Assembly (NCBI GenBank): GCA_002245135.1
Contig: NGBS01001160.1
Span: 124,001-188,000, forward strand
Source of the DNA: Proteromonas lacertae
Lineage: Eukaryota
Direction: 5' to 3'
DNA: 64,000 bases
Below are positions 1 through 12,300 of this stretch, in pieces. A program made the translations under genes and the position numbers. Numbering within the stretch: the first letter of the stretch is position 1; every line of letters begins with the position of its first letter. A model generated the notes under the pieces. It searched no databases. It was not told the DNA's origin and saw only the letters and a list, made by a program, of their open reading frames with translations.

Positions 1-2875
1 TCTCTCTTTTGGCTTGTAACATATCTCTCATCTTCATTTCAAACTCTTCATCTTCTAATTTCCATTTATCTTGTAATATTCTATATATAAAATAATAACA
101 ATCAATTGATATAAAGAATACTCATTATTTATTGCAGTTTTTTCATTATAACTCTTTAATAACATTTCCTTTTGATGTTCATAGTCTTTATCATTCTTAT
201 TACTAAGGTAATCATACATCTATCACAATAATAATAATATATATAATATATACTCTTTTACTTGCATCTAATATTGACTTATTAATAGCTTCTTCCTCCT
301 GTTTCTTCTTCATATAATACTCATTCAAATCCTTACTATTATTAATCACTTTATCCATCAACTCTTTCTCACTATCTCTTTGTTTTTGCCTTCTTAAATT
401 CTCCTGTTTTAATAATTCTTCTTGGTATAATATATTGGATAATTTCTTCTCCATTAAATCATGATCTACTTGTTCCATTTCATGTAGTCTCCTCTTCATA
501 TCATCTTTCATTGATTGTAATTTCATGGTTTCATTCTCATCCACTGTCTTTTCTAATGATTTTAATTGTTTATATTCATTCTCTAATCTTTCAGCTTTAG
601 CTTGTAAATCTTCCATTTGTTGTTTCTTTAACTCCATTATTACATGTTCTTCAGCTATTCTTCTCCTTTCTTCAATTTGGAAATTGATTATTCCTTGAGG
701 ATATACATCAAATATTGGATAAATACCTGCTCTTAATGGTAAATACTTCAACACATTGAAATTATTAGGTGCAAATACAGAAACATCTGGTAAATATCTA
801 CTACCATTATCAGCTTTAAAATATTTATCATTTATTTCATACATTAGCTTAATCAAATGATTAATATCTACTGGATTCTGTTTTTCAAAGAATTGCTGTA
901 ATTCTTCTTTATTCAGTGTCATTATTGTATAATGATTTGCTACATTATAAGCCAATATAAAACTATCTAATAATGAATTATTAGGAAAATCACTGATTAA
1001 ATGATCCCACAATTTCAACCATTCATTTTTAGTCAATATTTCACTACATAATGATTCAAATAAAGGCCAACAATAAGTCATTGGGTTAATATCATTATCT
1101 TCATAATATTTCATTAATACTGGATCTAATATTCTCAATATATTAGCGAATCTTCCTAATACAGCTAATGGTGGATGAGGATAACTATTCAACCAATCTC
1201 CACTAAAACATAAAAATACACTAATTATTACTTCAAAGGAAGTAATTTCATCATTTACAAATAAACATATAAATGGAAATATATAATTAGGTAAATAGGA
1301 TAAGACACTTAAAGCTGGACACCACCAACTTAGACTAGATAGTAGATTAATCAGTTTACGTTTATATCTACCATTCTTCAATGGATATTGTATATTAATA
1401 TCTCTCCATGATGGATGAATGCCTTTGTCTGATAGTATTTGATATTGTCCGATATTATTAGGTAGTTGTAATAGATATCTCCATATTATACATCGATATT
1501 TCTCAGGATATTCACCATAAGTGTGTAATAAAGACAATAACTTTTGTTTGTTTAATACTAAGCCATTGTTGTTTTGTTGGATTTTATTTAAACTATTTAA
1601 TAATAATAATAATATAGATATATATATATATATACTATTGTAATGGTGGTTGAACATGATTCTTGATTTGTTCTTCATGTAAATTTGACTTTGTCCAATG
1701 TTTCTTTGCCTTTCTATCTGGATAGGCTTGAAAAGGCTCACTTTTCTTATAATTATTATTATAATTCGTTATTTCTCTTAACAGTTTTGAATCTTGTTGT
1801 ATTTTATTCTGCCTCTTTATTGTATTCTTTCTATTCTCTTTATTAATATCAGTGTTGATTATAATTATATTACCATTATCACAATAACCCAATATATGTT
1901 TATTATTCTTATCAAATATAAAATCAACTGTTGTACATTCAGTAGAAGTATATTCTGCAATAATATAACCATTATTCTTATTCGGATCAAATACAATTAT
2001 TGAACCAATATCTGATAATACTGCCAATTTATTCATACTAATATATTGCATATGTAATAATGCAGAGGTTGGACTAGAATATGTATGTATCTTTATTAAA
2101 TTCTCACTGACTATATCCCAAATATATACCGATGGATTTGTACCACAAGCTACTAGATATTGATCATTTGGTGAAATTGTGAAACAGGTCAATTCACATT
2201 CGTTTCCTTCTTCTTCTTCTCCTTCACCACCACCACCACATGTTATACATAAATGACTTTTTAATTTCATTTCATTAATTTTGTAAATGTCGAATTCCAT
2301 TGACATTTTACCGAATACAGTGTATTTATTCTTTGAACTGTATATGCTTTGTATTACATTATCACAATCTGTGTAAACTATATCTTTACTGAAATCTTTT
2401 GTATTATATTGTATAATTGAATGTCTTGTTGTGCATAATACAGTTGTTTGGGATGATGAAGTGTCCATGAAAGGTACATGGATCTGGTAAATGGATTGTA
2501 CTTAATAATTCACCACTTAAAATGCTAAATACTTCAATGGTGCTATTTTCTAAGGATACCAATAATTCATTTGTTGAATGTGAAGAGAAATGAATACAAA
2601 GAATACCTTTTGTTGCTCTTTTGAGCAGTTTATACTTATTATGACCAATATCGATAATATAAACATCGCCTCTTTGTGTATATACTGCAAAAATATCATT
2701 CTTTTTGTTATAACTAATCCCAAGCACTTTAACTCCACTTGAAAACTACAAAATATATGAATGACTATACAGAATCACTTTCTATTGATAAATAGGTTGT
2801 TCTACCAAGATTTATTTTGCCTGTATTAGGTAGAAGTTGACCTCTTGTTTGTGTCAAATGCAAAAGTCGACTCAT
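1..2875 (-). CDS. TBC1D31: TBC1D31/WDR67-like protein (WD40 repeats, Rab-GAP TBC domain, C-terminal coiled coil); 3' end runs off the window
   Basis: ATG at 2875; GT-AG introns at 2746-2770 and near 1593-1636, 220-252 and 81-121. The N-terminus is WD40-like, the TBC region has the motif YGEYPEKYRCIIWRYLLQLP...HPSW...WCPAL...YLP..IFPF, and the tail is an E/K/Q-rich coiled coil. One +1 frame break lies near 2470. Confidence 0.85.
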
Positions 2876-3283
2876 TTTTAAATTCAAATTTTCAACTTCT
2901 AACATATGTTCAATGTTTGATGGATGAAATCTCATTAATTAATAATGAAAATATAATAAAATCAGCATTTATCTATTTAAACAATTGAAATAAATTGCAT
3001 AAAGCAAGATAAACGAGATATTTTATGAAATTGAGATGATCTGTTATAGATGAGGTGAATATAAACCTATTGCATAATCAATAAATTCATATATGTTATA
3101 AATGTGACATTATATCTTCTGATACATTCTTTTTTCTCTCTCTTTATTAAAAAATCTGTCTTTTCAGTTTTATTGAAAATGTATATCTTTCTGCTTCTAT
3201 TCTTTGCTTCCCCGTTTTTTATATCAATTAAATTATATTATGTGTTTTATTTTATAATAGAACTCTTGCAAAAAGCAAAAATA

Positions 3284-5286
3284 ATGTCCGATGTGTTAGA
3301 AGAAGATAGAAATGCTCCATTGTTAGAACATACAGGAGATGATTCAATAATTACTATGATAAACCATGCAGAACGTATTTATAATATTTTTTTTGAATTA
3401 ATCATTCATTCTTATTGTTATATTGTAGATTCCAAACTTGAATTGGAAAAAATAATTAACTGGATTATGAATGCTGATATTAATGAGAAGCAGTTGTCAT
3501 ACATTGCTAATGATCGTCGTATTTATAATATTTTCTTAATTTTTAGAACTTATTCAAACTTTAACTCAACATTTCTGTTCAAAATGTACATCAAAACTTC
3601 CCTTTTTCCCAAAAAGAGAATTTCAAGCGTTAATGAAATTAATGTATGTAGATACATCCATCTATCCAACAGTACAAGATAATATGAATGTTCCTCATTT
3701 CCAAGTCTATTTGACCTTATTAAAAGGTGTGCAAAATAAGCAAACATACTCTACAATCGATGAAGATTTAGACCCATTAGATAATGATGTATTTACCAAA
3801 ACATTTCAATATTTATATTCAAATCCTGAATTATTAACACTTGATTTCTCAGGATATATCTTAAGAAAGACATCAGTAACAACATTAACTTCTATGTTTA
3901 AATCTTATAAAACATTAGATGTGTTAAACTTATCATGTATTTTATATATTATATATTATTTTAATAATATATAGGTTGTATGTTAGAAGAAGATGTAGAT
4001 ATATTAGCCAAAGGATTGAAATATATTCATACATTAAGACACTTTGATATTTCATCCAATAGAATTCATGAAAAAGACATCAAGCCTTTAGCTCAAGCTT
4101 TACCAAACTTAACAAGACTAGTTTCATTGAATATATCTCATAATCCATTGTGTGATGTTGGTATTAAGATATTAATGGGTAATTTAACAAAGTTACCTAA
4201 TTTAAATGAGATTAATATTGCTAATGTTGATATGAAAGTAGAAGGATTAGAAGCAGTGAATGAAAGTCTTAGAACTTTTCAATTCTTACAGATTATGAAT
4301 ATCTCTTGTATATATATTTATCACTTTATTTATTTATTAGCTAATCAATACGTTACTAATACTGTTGGTTTATTCAGTAGTTTCAAGAATGTAAAAGCTT
4401 TGAAAGAGTTGTATTTATCAAGTATATATAACAATTATAATTAATATATTATTATAGATTGTGCTTTATCAGGAAGACAAATGGGAGATTTTTCAATTGC
4501 ATTGAATTACTTTAAAGATTTAACTGTTTTAGCACTTGATTGTATATATATATATATATACTAATAAAATAATAATATATTAATGTTTATAGACAATTAT
4601 TTGAATAGATTAGGCTATTCCAAATTAGCATCTGTCTTACCAAAGTTAAAGTGTTTAACAGTATTACATATGAATAGTACAATAGCTGGTATGGATTCTA
4701 ATACTCATCAAGGATTCCATGAATTCTGTGAACAATTACCTATTCTTACTAAACTAATAAAACTATGCTTAGCACAAAACCATTTAACTGAGAAAGAATT
4801 GATTCATTTGAATGAATCTATTGCTGAATTACCATTACATCGATTCAGTATTGGTGAAAATGATTTAAGTGAGAAAGTCATATCTTCACTTTGTGATAAT
4901 ATACCAAATGATGTTACTATATTACAGTTAGATTCATGTAAAATGAGTAGTAGTGGATTTGAAATATTGGCTAGAACATTGCCTTCATTAAGCAATTTAC
5001 AGTTATTGAATGTGAGAGATAATGATTTGAGAGAAGAATCGATGGATTTGTTTGTGAATGTTATTCCATCACTTCCTAACTTAGCTATTCTTGATTTTGC
5101 AAAGAATGGATTGAAGAAAGCGGATACTATCGTTGAGAATATGAGTAAACTTACTTCCTTGACTGATTTGTTGTTGGATCGTATATTAATAATATGAAAT
5201 ATTAATTTTAAATAGAAAATAATTTTGAACCAGCTGCTAAGAGAATGTTGCAAAGTAATTTGAGAAATATTAAATTGATATTATAA
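3284..5286 (+). CDS. RNI-like leucine-rich repeat protein (about 7 introns)
   Basis: Spliced ORFs show about 28-aa repeats of the type LxxLxLxxNxI/L (e.g. LRHFDISSNRI, LVSLNISHNPL, LQLLNVRDNDL). The checked splice junctions stay in frame and the last exon ends in TAA at 5284-5286. Confidence 0.85.
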
Positions 5287-5427
5287 AATAGAGATATATT
5301 ATTATTGATTATTGTTGAATATATGAATTATTTGTGGAATTCCTTCAGAAAAATAAAAATTAAAAAAAGAATGACAAACGGTTATCAAACCTATCAGTTT
5401 CTTTTAACTAATTACACAACATATTAA

Positions 5428-8400
5428 ATGCATACTATAACAACAAAATGCTTAAAATACAATAACTACAAAACTACATACATTAATGTATATATTTTTC
5501 GATTTTTTATTTAATTAGGGAAATGATGTTATAAGTGAATTTTCTATAGATTTAACAAATCAAAATAATGTAAATAGATTGAAAAAATTCATAGAGATAA
5601 TAAAGAAGCTTAAAAATGTTAATAACTCAATCATTACTCCAATAATAGGATCCACCTCTAATAATCATATTAACATTCATACAAATTATTTACAAGAGAA
5701 TATTGGGGTAATAGAATTTGAAAATGATCAAAAGAAACAAATCTTGGAAAAATTATCTATTATATGTAGAATATTTGATGATAATCATTATGTATGTGGT
5801 AACTTAAAGCCATCTAATTTATTTATAACAAAGGAAGGTGATATAATTTTGATTGATTACTGTCAATACTTACTTCATAAGAGAAGCTATTGTAATAGTG
5901 CTTGTTTGTATTATATAAGTCCAGAACAATTAAAAGAGGAAGAAATTGATAGTAAAACTGATATTTATTTGTATGGATTGGTGTATTATTTTATCTATTT
6001 TAAATGTGATTTTTTTACTTCTACAAATGTCAGTGAATTGGTGAAACAAATGAAAAATTCAAAAGAAACTATTGATAAACTAATTCATCCAAACATAAAC
6101 AAAGAGGATATAAAATATATGTTAGAATATGAAAAGAATAATAGAAAAAGAATAGAATCTCTAAATGAAAGTATTGTTTTCTTCTTTACTAATTATTATT
6201 AGGTGAAATAATAGAAAATTTTTTTGTAAATCCAGTACATTACTATAGCGTTGCTTTTAAAATTTGTCTGTTGAATGACAGTAACAAAAAAGAAATACTC
6301 AAACGATTATATGATTGTTATGATAAGAAATATGAAAAAGAATTATATCATAACATGATTAATTTGTTTAGATGTATTAGTTCACCAAAACAAATTGTAT
6401 TAAGAAGTATATTATTAGTAATGTTAATCTTGTTTATAGATTGTCATTTGTTAAATAGATATTTCCAAAAAATATTAAAAAATGATCATCATATAAATAG
6501 TTGTACATTTGATCACTTATCAAATACATCATATCCTTCTATTGATATTAAAATGAAAGATCTTTCTTCTGTAAATGTCTTTAATTTAAGAGGTAAGGCA
6601 AATCATTTCTTGAAAGAAATTATTGACTGTATAAACAAACACGAAGTTAAAGAATTTAAAGTTACTGGCTTTTCTTTAATAGGAAATAAAATAATGAATC
6701 AAAAGAATGATAATGTATATTTATTCAAAAATATTAATAATATAAGCAGATTTGAAGCATTGGAAGTTCATTCTAATCATCATGAATTTTTGCATGATAT
6801 AATAAATTTTACATCATTAAAGTCACTTACTCTTTATTATCCTTTTGATGTAATAGTAAATGAAGAAAATAAGCCATATAAATACAAAGCATCGCTTCTA
6901 CATATATTTGATAATATTAGCAATTTAAAGCATTTAGAAGCAGTTGATATCGAAGGATATTTTTTATGTGAAAAGAAACTAATAAATAGATTAGCAAGGA
7001 AAGTGAAACTTCTTCCTAAATTAACTCTCTTTCGAATAAAAACTGTTGAAGATTATCTCAGTGATTATTGTAAAACTAGTAGATTAAATTTACTATTGGA
7101 ATCTTTATTAGAATTAAAGCAAATTAAATCTATTCACATATTATCAATACCAAAAGACAATAGTGTAATTGAAAACTTTCTGTATAGTATTTCCAGATTA
7201 TCACTTTTGGAAGAGTTAGAATTTATGTGTATATAATTATATATTTACATTTGATTAGTGACTAATTCAAATAGCCATATCAATATAGTAAATAGTGATG
7301 TTATAAATATAGATCATATCACTAAGTTAAAGTCATTATCAATTCATTACCCACCAAATTCACAGATTGAACGTAGTTACAAATGTTTTTCAAGTGTAAA
7401 ATCTTTAAAATTAAGAAGAGGTAAATATATTCCATTTTATCTGAAATGTATGAAGGATGAAAAGTGGAAGTATTTAGAAAAATTATCATTATGTTCAGAG
7501 AGTATTTATTCTATATTAATAATGTTTTTGATTTAGATAAGGAGTTGCTAGATGATTTAACTGATGTCTTTAAACAAATGAATAGATTAAGAGAACTGTC
7601 AATTGAACTTTGTAATTATGATATTATTAATTATAAGATAATTGAAGGATTGTCTCACTTAGCTCAATTGGAGAAATTAGATTTATCTAAAGTAAATGTG
7701 AATGAAGTTTATTTGATTAAAAACTTCAGTAGTTTATGTAATTTAAGAATATTAAAATTAAGATGTATTAATCCTTCTAATACTATCTTATTCAATGAAA
7801 ATGTAAGTCATTTATCCAGTTTAGTTGAATTATCAGCAGATTATATTCCCGAAGCAATATATATGGACAAATTATTTTTAAAAATACTTACAAATCTGCA
7901 ATATCTTTTTATTGATGATTCAGAACATATGAGATGTATATTATATCACTTATTCTTAATGTTTGATTAGATTTGCTAGATATGATGAAATTTCCTAATT
8001 ATCAATCAGATAATTCTTCTGTAGATGTAAACTACACAAAATCAATTAACATAATTAAGAAGAATCAAAAGATTGATGAAGAATGTCATAAATTGGTTAA
8101 AAATATTATGGATTATAATAAAAACAATTCAATAGAAACACAGAATTGTATATGTACATCCATTTTTCCATTTGAGACAATGTATTTATTTATTAATCAT
8201 CGAAAAGTTGAAGAGGAAGAAGATTCAATTGAAACTGTTTTAAATAAAAGATATAAACAAATATTAAAAGAAATGACTTTCTTTTATCCACAAAATAATA
8301 ATACAAATGATGTGCAACCATCAAAAGCAGTGAAGAAAGTGATTGATGATAAAATAAAACAATTAGATAACAATGATTATTATTTGAGTATAAGTTGTAC

Positions 8401-8805
8401 ATATTGTGGAGATATTGGTTTGAAATATATTTGTCAATATTACGAAAGATTCACTAACTTAGTTCACTTGTGTTTATATTATAATATTATAACTAATACA
8501 GGAATAGAATATATTAATATGATATTGTTTAAAATGCCAAAGCTAACTTATCTCAGTTTAGAAAGTAAATTTATAATATATATTGTATTATTTAAATAGA
8601 CAATAGAATAGACAATGAAGATGCAGAAAGTATAGCAGAACATTTGTATAACATTAACAAATTGAAAGTGCTAAATATGAAAGAAAACCCAATTGATAAA
8701 AAAGGAATAAAGAAAATAAAGCATTATCTAGAATTATATGGAATGAAAACCTTATTATTGGTTGATAAAAATATAGGTTCAGATGGTACAAAAATAGAAG
8801 AATAA
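5428..8805 (+). CDS. Pseudokinase domain followed by leucine-rich repeats
   Basis: Kinase-like C-lobe (CGNLKPSNLFI...LIDYC...YISPE...KTDIYLYG) is followed by multi-exon LRRs (LKHLEAVDI, LEKLDLSKV, LTYLSLENNRI). ATG at 5428 splices in frame; stop at 8803-8805. Confidence 0.8.
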
Positions 8806-9045
8806 AAAAATACACTTCTAATTATCATTTCGACTTTATTTTTATGTATATAAGATTGATTTGTATGAATGACAAATTCTTTTATTTGGAATTATTGTAT
8901 ATTTAACCAAAAATATCAAAATGATATACCAATTTAAACGAATAATAATATGTTTATTGTAGATTGTATACCTATCAATTACAAATTTTCAAAGATTCAC
9001 CTCATATTCATAATACTGTAGAATCTAAAACGATATATGTCTTTG

Positions 9046-9058
9046 AGGGTTAGGGTTA
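9046..9058 (-). repeat. About 2 units of telomere-type repeat (TAACCCTAACCCT on the minus strand) in a convergent intergenic gap; possible ncRNA template or telo-box
   Basis: AGGGTTAGGGTTA is read directly on the + strand. Function is unknown. Confidence 0.6.
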
Positions 9059-9367
9059 ATGAAAGAGAATATAGCTGAATTTAAAACTTTGGATGAATTA
9101 TCAATTACATTTGTTGTAAGCCGTTATTTTAATTATTAATTACTAATAATTTTCATTTATTATAATCATTTGAAGAGTTTTAAAACTATTATTAGTGTGT
9201 ATGGATGAATTATAATAGATTTATTAAATTGTGAGAAATGTAATACTAAAATTGTTATTAATCACTCTACATCATAGTTTAAGCAGGAATAATATATTCA
9301 AAATAATACATTAATATCTCAATAAAAATATAACTACATACAAATACATAAATAAATACAATTAAAT

Positions 9368-12300
9368 TTAACTTTCTACTTCTTTTTTCTCTTCTCCTTC
9401 AATTGTTTTCTCTTCTTCTTCATTAGCTTTATCTACTTCTACTTCTTTTTGAGAATGTCCTATTTCATCATCTTCTTTTGTTTTTCCCTCTTCTTCTTCA
9501 TTAGTACTTTCTACATTAGCAGTATCTTCATTTATATTCTCATCAGATTTAGATTCATCTGTTTTACTCTCATCAGTCTTAGTCTCATCATCACCAACAT
9601 CACCAACATTCTCATTATTCTCTAACTCTTTCTTATCATCATCATCATTATTCTCTTTTCCTTTTTCAGAATCATTACTAATTATATCACTTACACATAT
9701 CACCTTTTTAAGAGGTGAACTACTACTAACCATTAAATGATTTACATTACTTCTACGATTAATTTCACATTCATTTGTATTATCATTCTCATCTTCCATA
9801 GCTGGAGGACCAATATCAAAATCATGATTACTGATGTGATTCAGATTTCTACTTACTCTCAATGATTCATCTCTTGATGCTTCAGAATCTTCTGCAGTTG
9901 AATAAACTATTCCTATACTACTTGGTTTCAAAATACTTGAACCTGCATTCGTGGATTTAAATACACCATTAGAAGTTGGTGTTTTCCTAACTATTAAACT
10001 AGGATTAGTAGATGAAATATGAGATGCTGTTAATATAATTGGACTTATCAATGGATCTACAGATGGTTTATGATTTAATGGAGGTAAAAGTGATGATTTT
10101 CTACTGGAATTATCACTTTCAAAACTTCCATCCTTTTTATTGATTATTAGTTCAAGTTCATAAGGTTGAGTTTCAGTAGTTGGATTTGTAATTTTAGCAC
10201 TTCTTAGTTTTCTATTTGAATTATTAGCATGTGTTGGAGATAATACATGACTAAATGTTCTATTATTACCATTTGGACTTAATAAAATACTTCTTGCTGT
10301 CATATTTTTAGGAGTAAACATAGTACTTTTACTTCCAAGTTTTCTACTTGAACCACTCATTACACTTCTTGCTGAAAATGATGGTGGTTTTCTTATAATA
10401 GATGAAGATGATTGGTTATTATTATTATTATTGTCATTATTACTACTCTTTTTAGAACTTTTACGTAATATTCCTTCTAATGCGATTGATCTAGATTGTA
10501 TTGTACTAATGACACTTTTTTCAGGATCATCTTCATCCTTTCTCTTAGACAATTTCTTAATAAAAAGAATTAAATATTTCTCAATTTTTATTCCTTTTCT
10601 TCTTAATACATAAGTTGTTATTCCAAGTACAATAGCTGTAAAACTAATCAATACAGCTAATACAACTAAAAACACTAATCCTCCATTATCACTCCATTTC
10701 TTAGGTCTCAAATGAGCTAAATGTTCAACTTCATAATTGTGACTATTCAATTTCATATCAATTCTATTTGATAAATCATCTTTAAATGATAAAGAGTCTA
10801 ACAAACACTGAATAGAGTCATTATATGTATTATATGAAGTAGAATCTATTCGATATTGAATTGTATAAGTAACTGTGTATAATCTCAATAATCTATCCGT
10901 TTCTTCAAATTCTTTATCAACATATGCAATTGGAACAATACTACTTCCATTCTCTAAAAATTCCATTACTAAAAAGTCTAATAAACTATCATTCTTAAAT
11001 GATACATTATAAAATGACACTTTACCTATGAAATTATCAACAGATGTATCATATTGATCAATATGTTTTGATAAACAATGTTCTGTAGTATTACTCCACC
11101 ATTCTTCATCATTACTACCATAACATGTTCTTATTATCAATCCATTCATACCTTCACCACATCTTAACACCACACTTTCATCTATTAGTGTAACTGGCCA
11201 TTCTTCGTCTTCTTCACAATATCTACCTTTGATTATAATTGATACTTTTGTGGATATTGATCCTTTTTCATTCCTACCTGTTACTGTATATATATCATCT
11301 TGTAGAATGTTTGGACTTCCAGATATATCACCATTTGTTTTGTTGAAATACAATCCATCTGGTAATTCTGGTGATATTTCATATTCCTTGATTATTCCTG
11401 ATGATGTTGGTGAATAGGTTTTACCTTCTTGTTTGTAATAGAATGTAATGGATGGAGGATATCTGAGTGAAATAGGTATATCAGGATCTATATAAATAAA
11501 TAATAATAATAATAATAATAATAATATACCACAAACATCAAGTAAAGTAGTCCATTCTGGTACAGTTCCATTTGAGCAATATCTCAAATAGAATCCAGTT
11601 GTTCCTGCCTTGCACATTTGATTATTCTCTAACCAAATACCTGGTTCGCCAATCCACATTTCATTATCAATTTCAGATTGACATTTCCTTTCTAATACAC
11701 TGAATTTAATAACAGTATCTTTAGTTCCAATTATATTCTTAGCAGTACAAATATGACTTGTATTTTGTACAATCATTGGATTTCCACTAATTACACCAGT
11801 CTTTTCATTGATTACTAAACCATAAGGTAAACTATCACAACTATAAGAATCAACTAAACCACTAATAATAGGTAAACCAGATTCAAAATAGATAGATTGA
11901 GATATTTCAAATGGATTCTTTTCATAATCATAAACTGTTGGTTCTCCTGATACAACTAAGAATAATTTTGCACTTCTTTCACCAACAGGATTTTCATATG
12001 TTATATAATAATTAGTAATATCATTAGGAGTAGTTAAAATACCTTTGATTGTACCATTTTCATCAATACTTAATCCACTTGGTAAATCAGGATATACATA
12101 TATATTCTTAGCTTCAATCTTTTGATGTGGATATATTTCCAATGGAGTATTTGTCAATGAATATATTTCAGGATATGTAAACTCAGATACTAAACTGTAA
12201 ATATTCATATTAAATAACAGATATTCTCTACCATTCTTATTATAAACTAATATTGAATATGTTTTATTAGTAACTGATTCATTTGGAATACCTGAAATAA

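Noticed and set aside
4542..4560. (TA)n tracts here and at about 1617, 24441, 26049, 28312 and 29404
   Set aside because: Ordinary microsatellites in introns or spacers of an AT-rich genome; no array or spacer structure, so not CRISPR.
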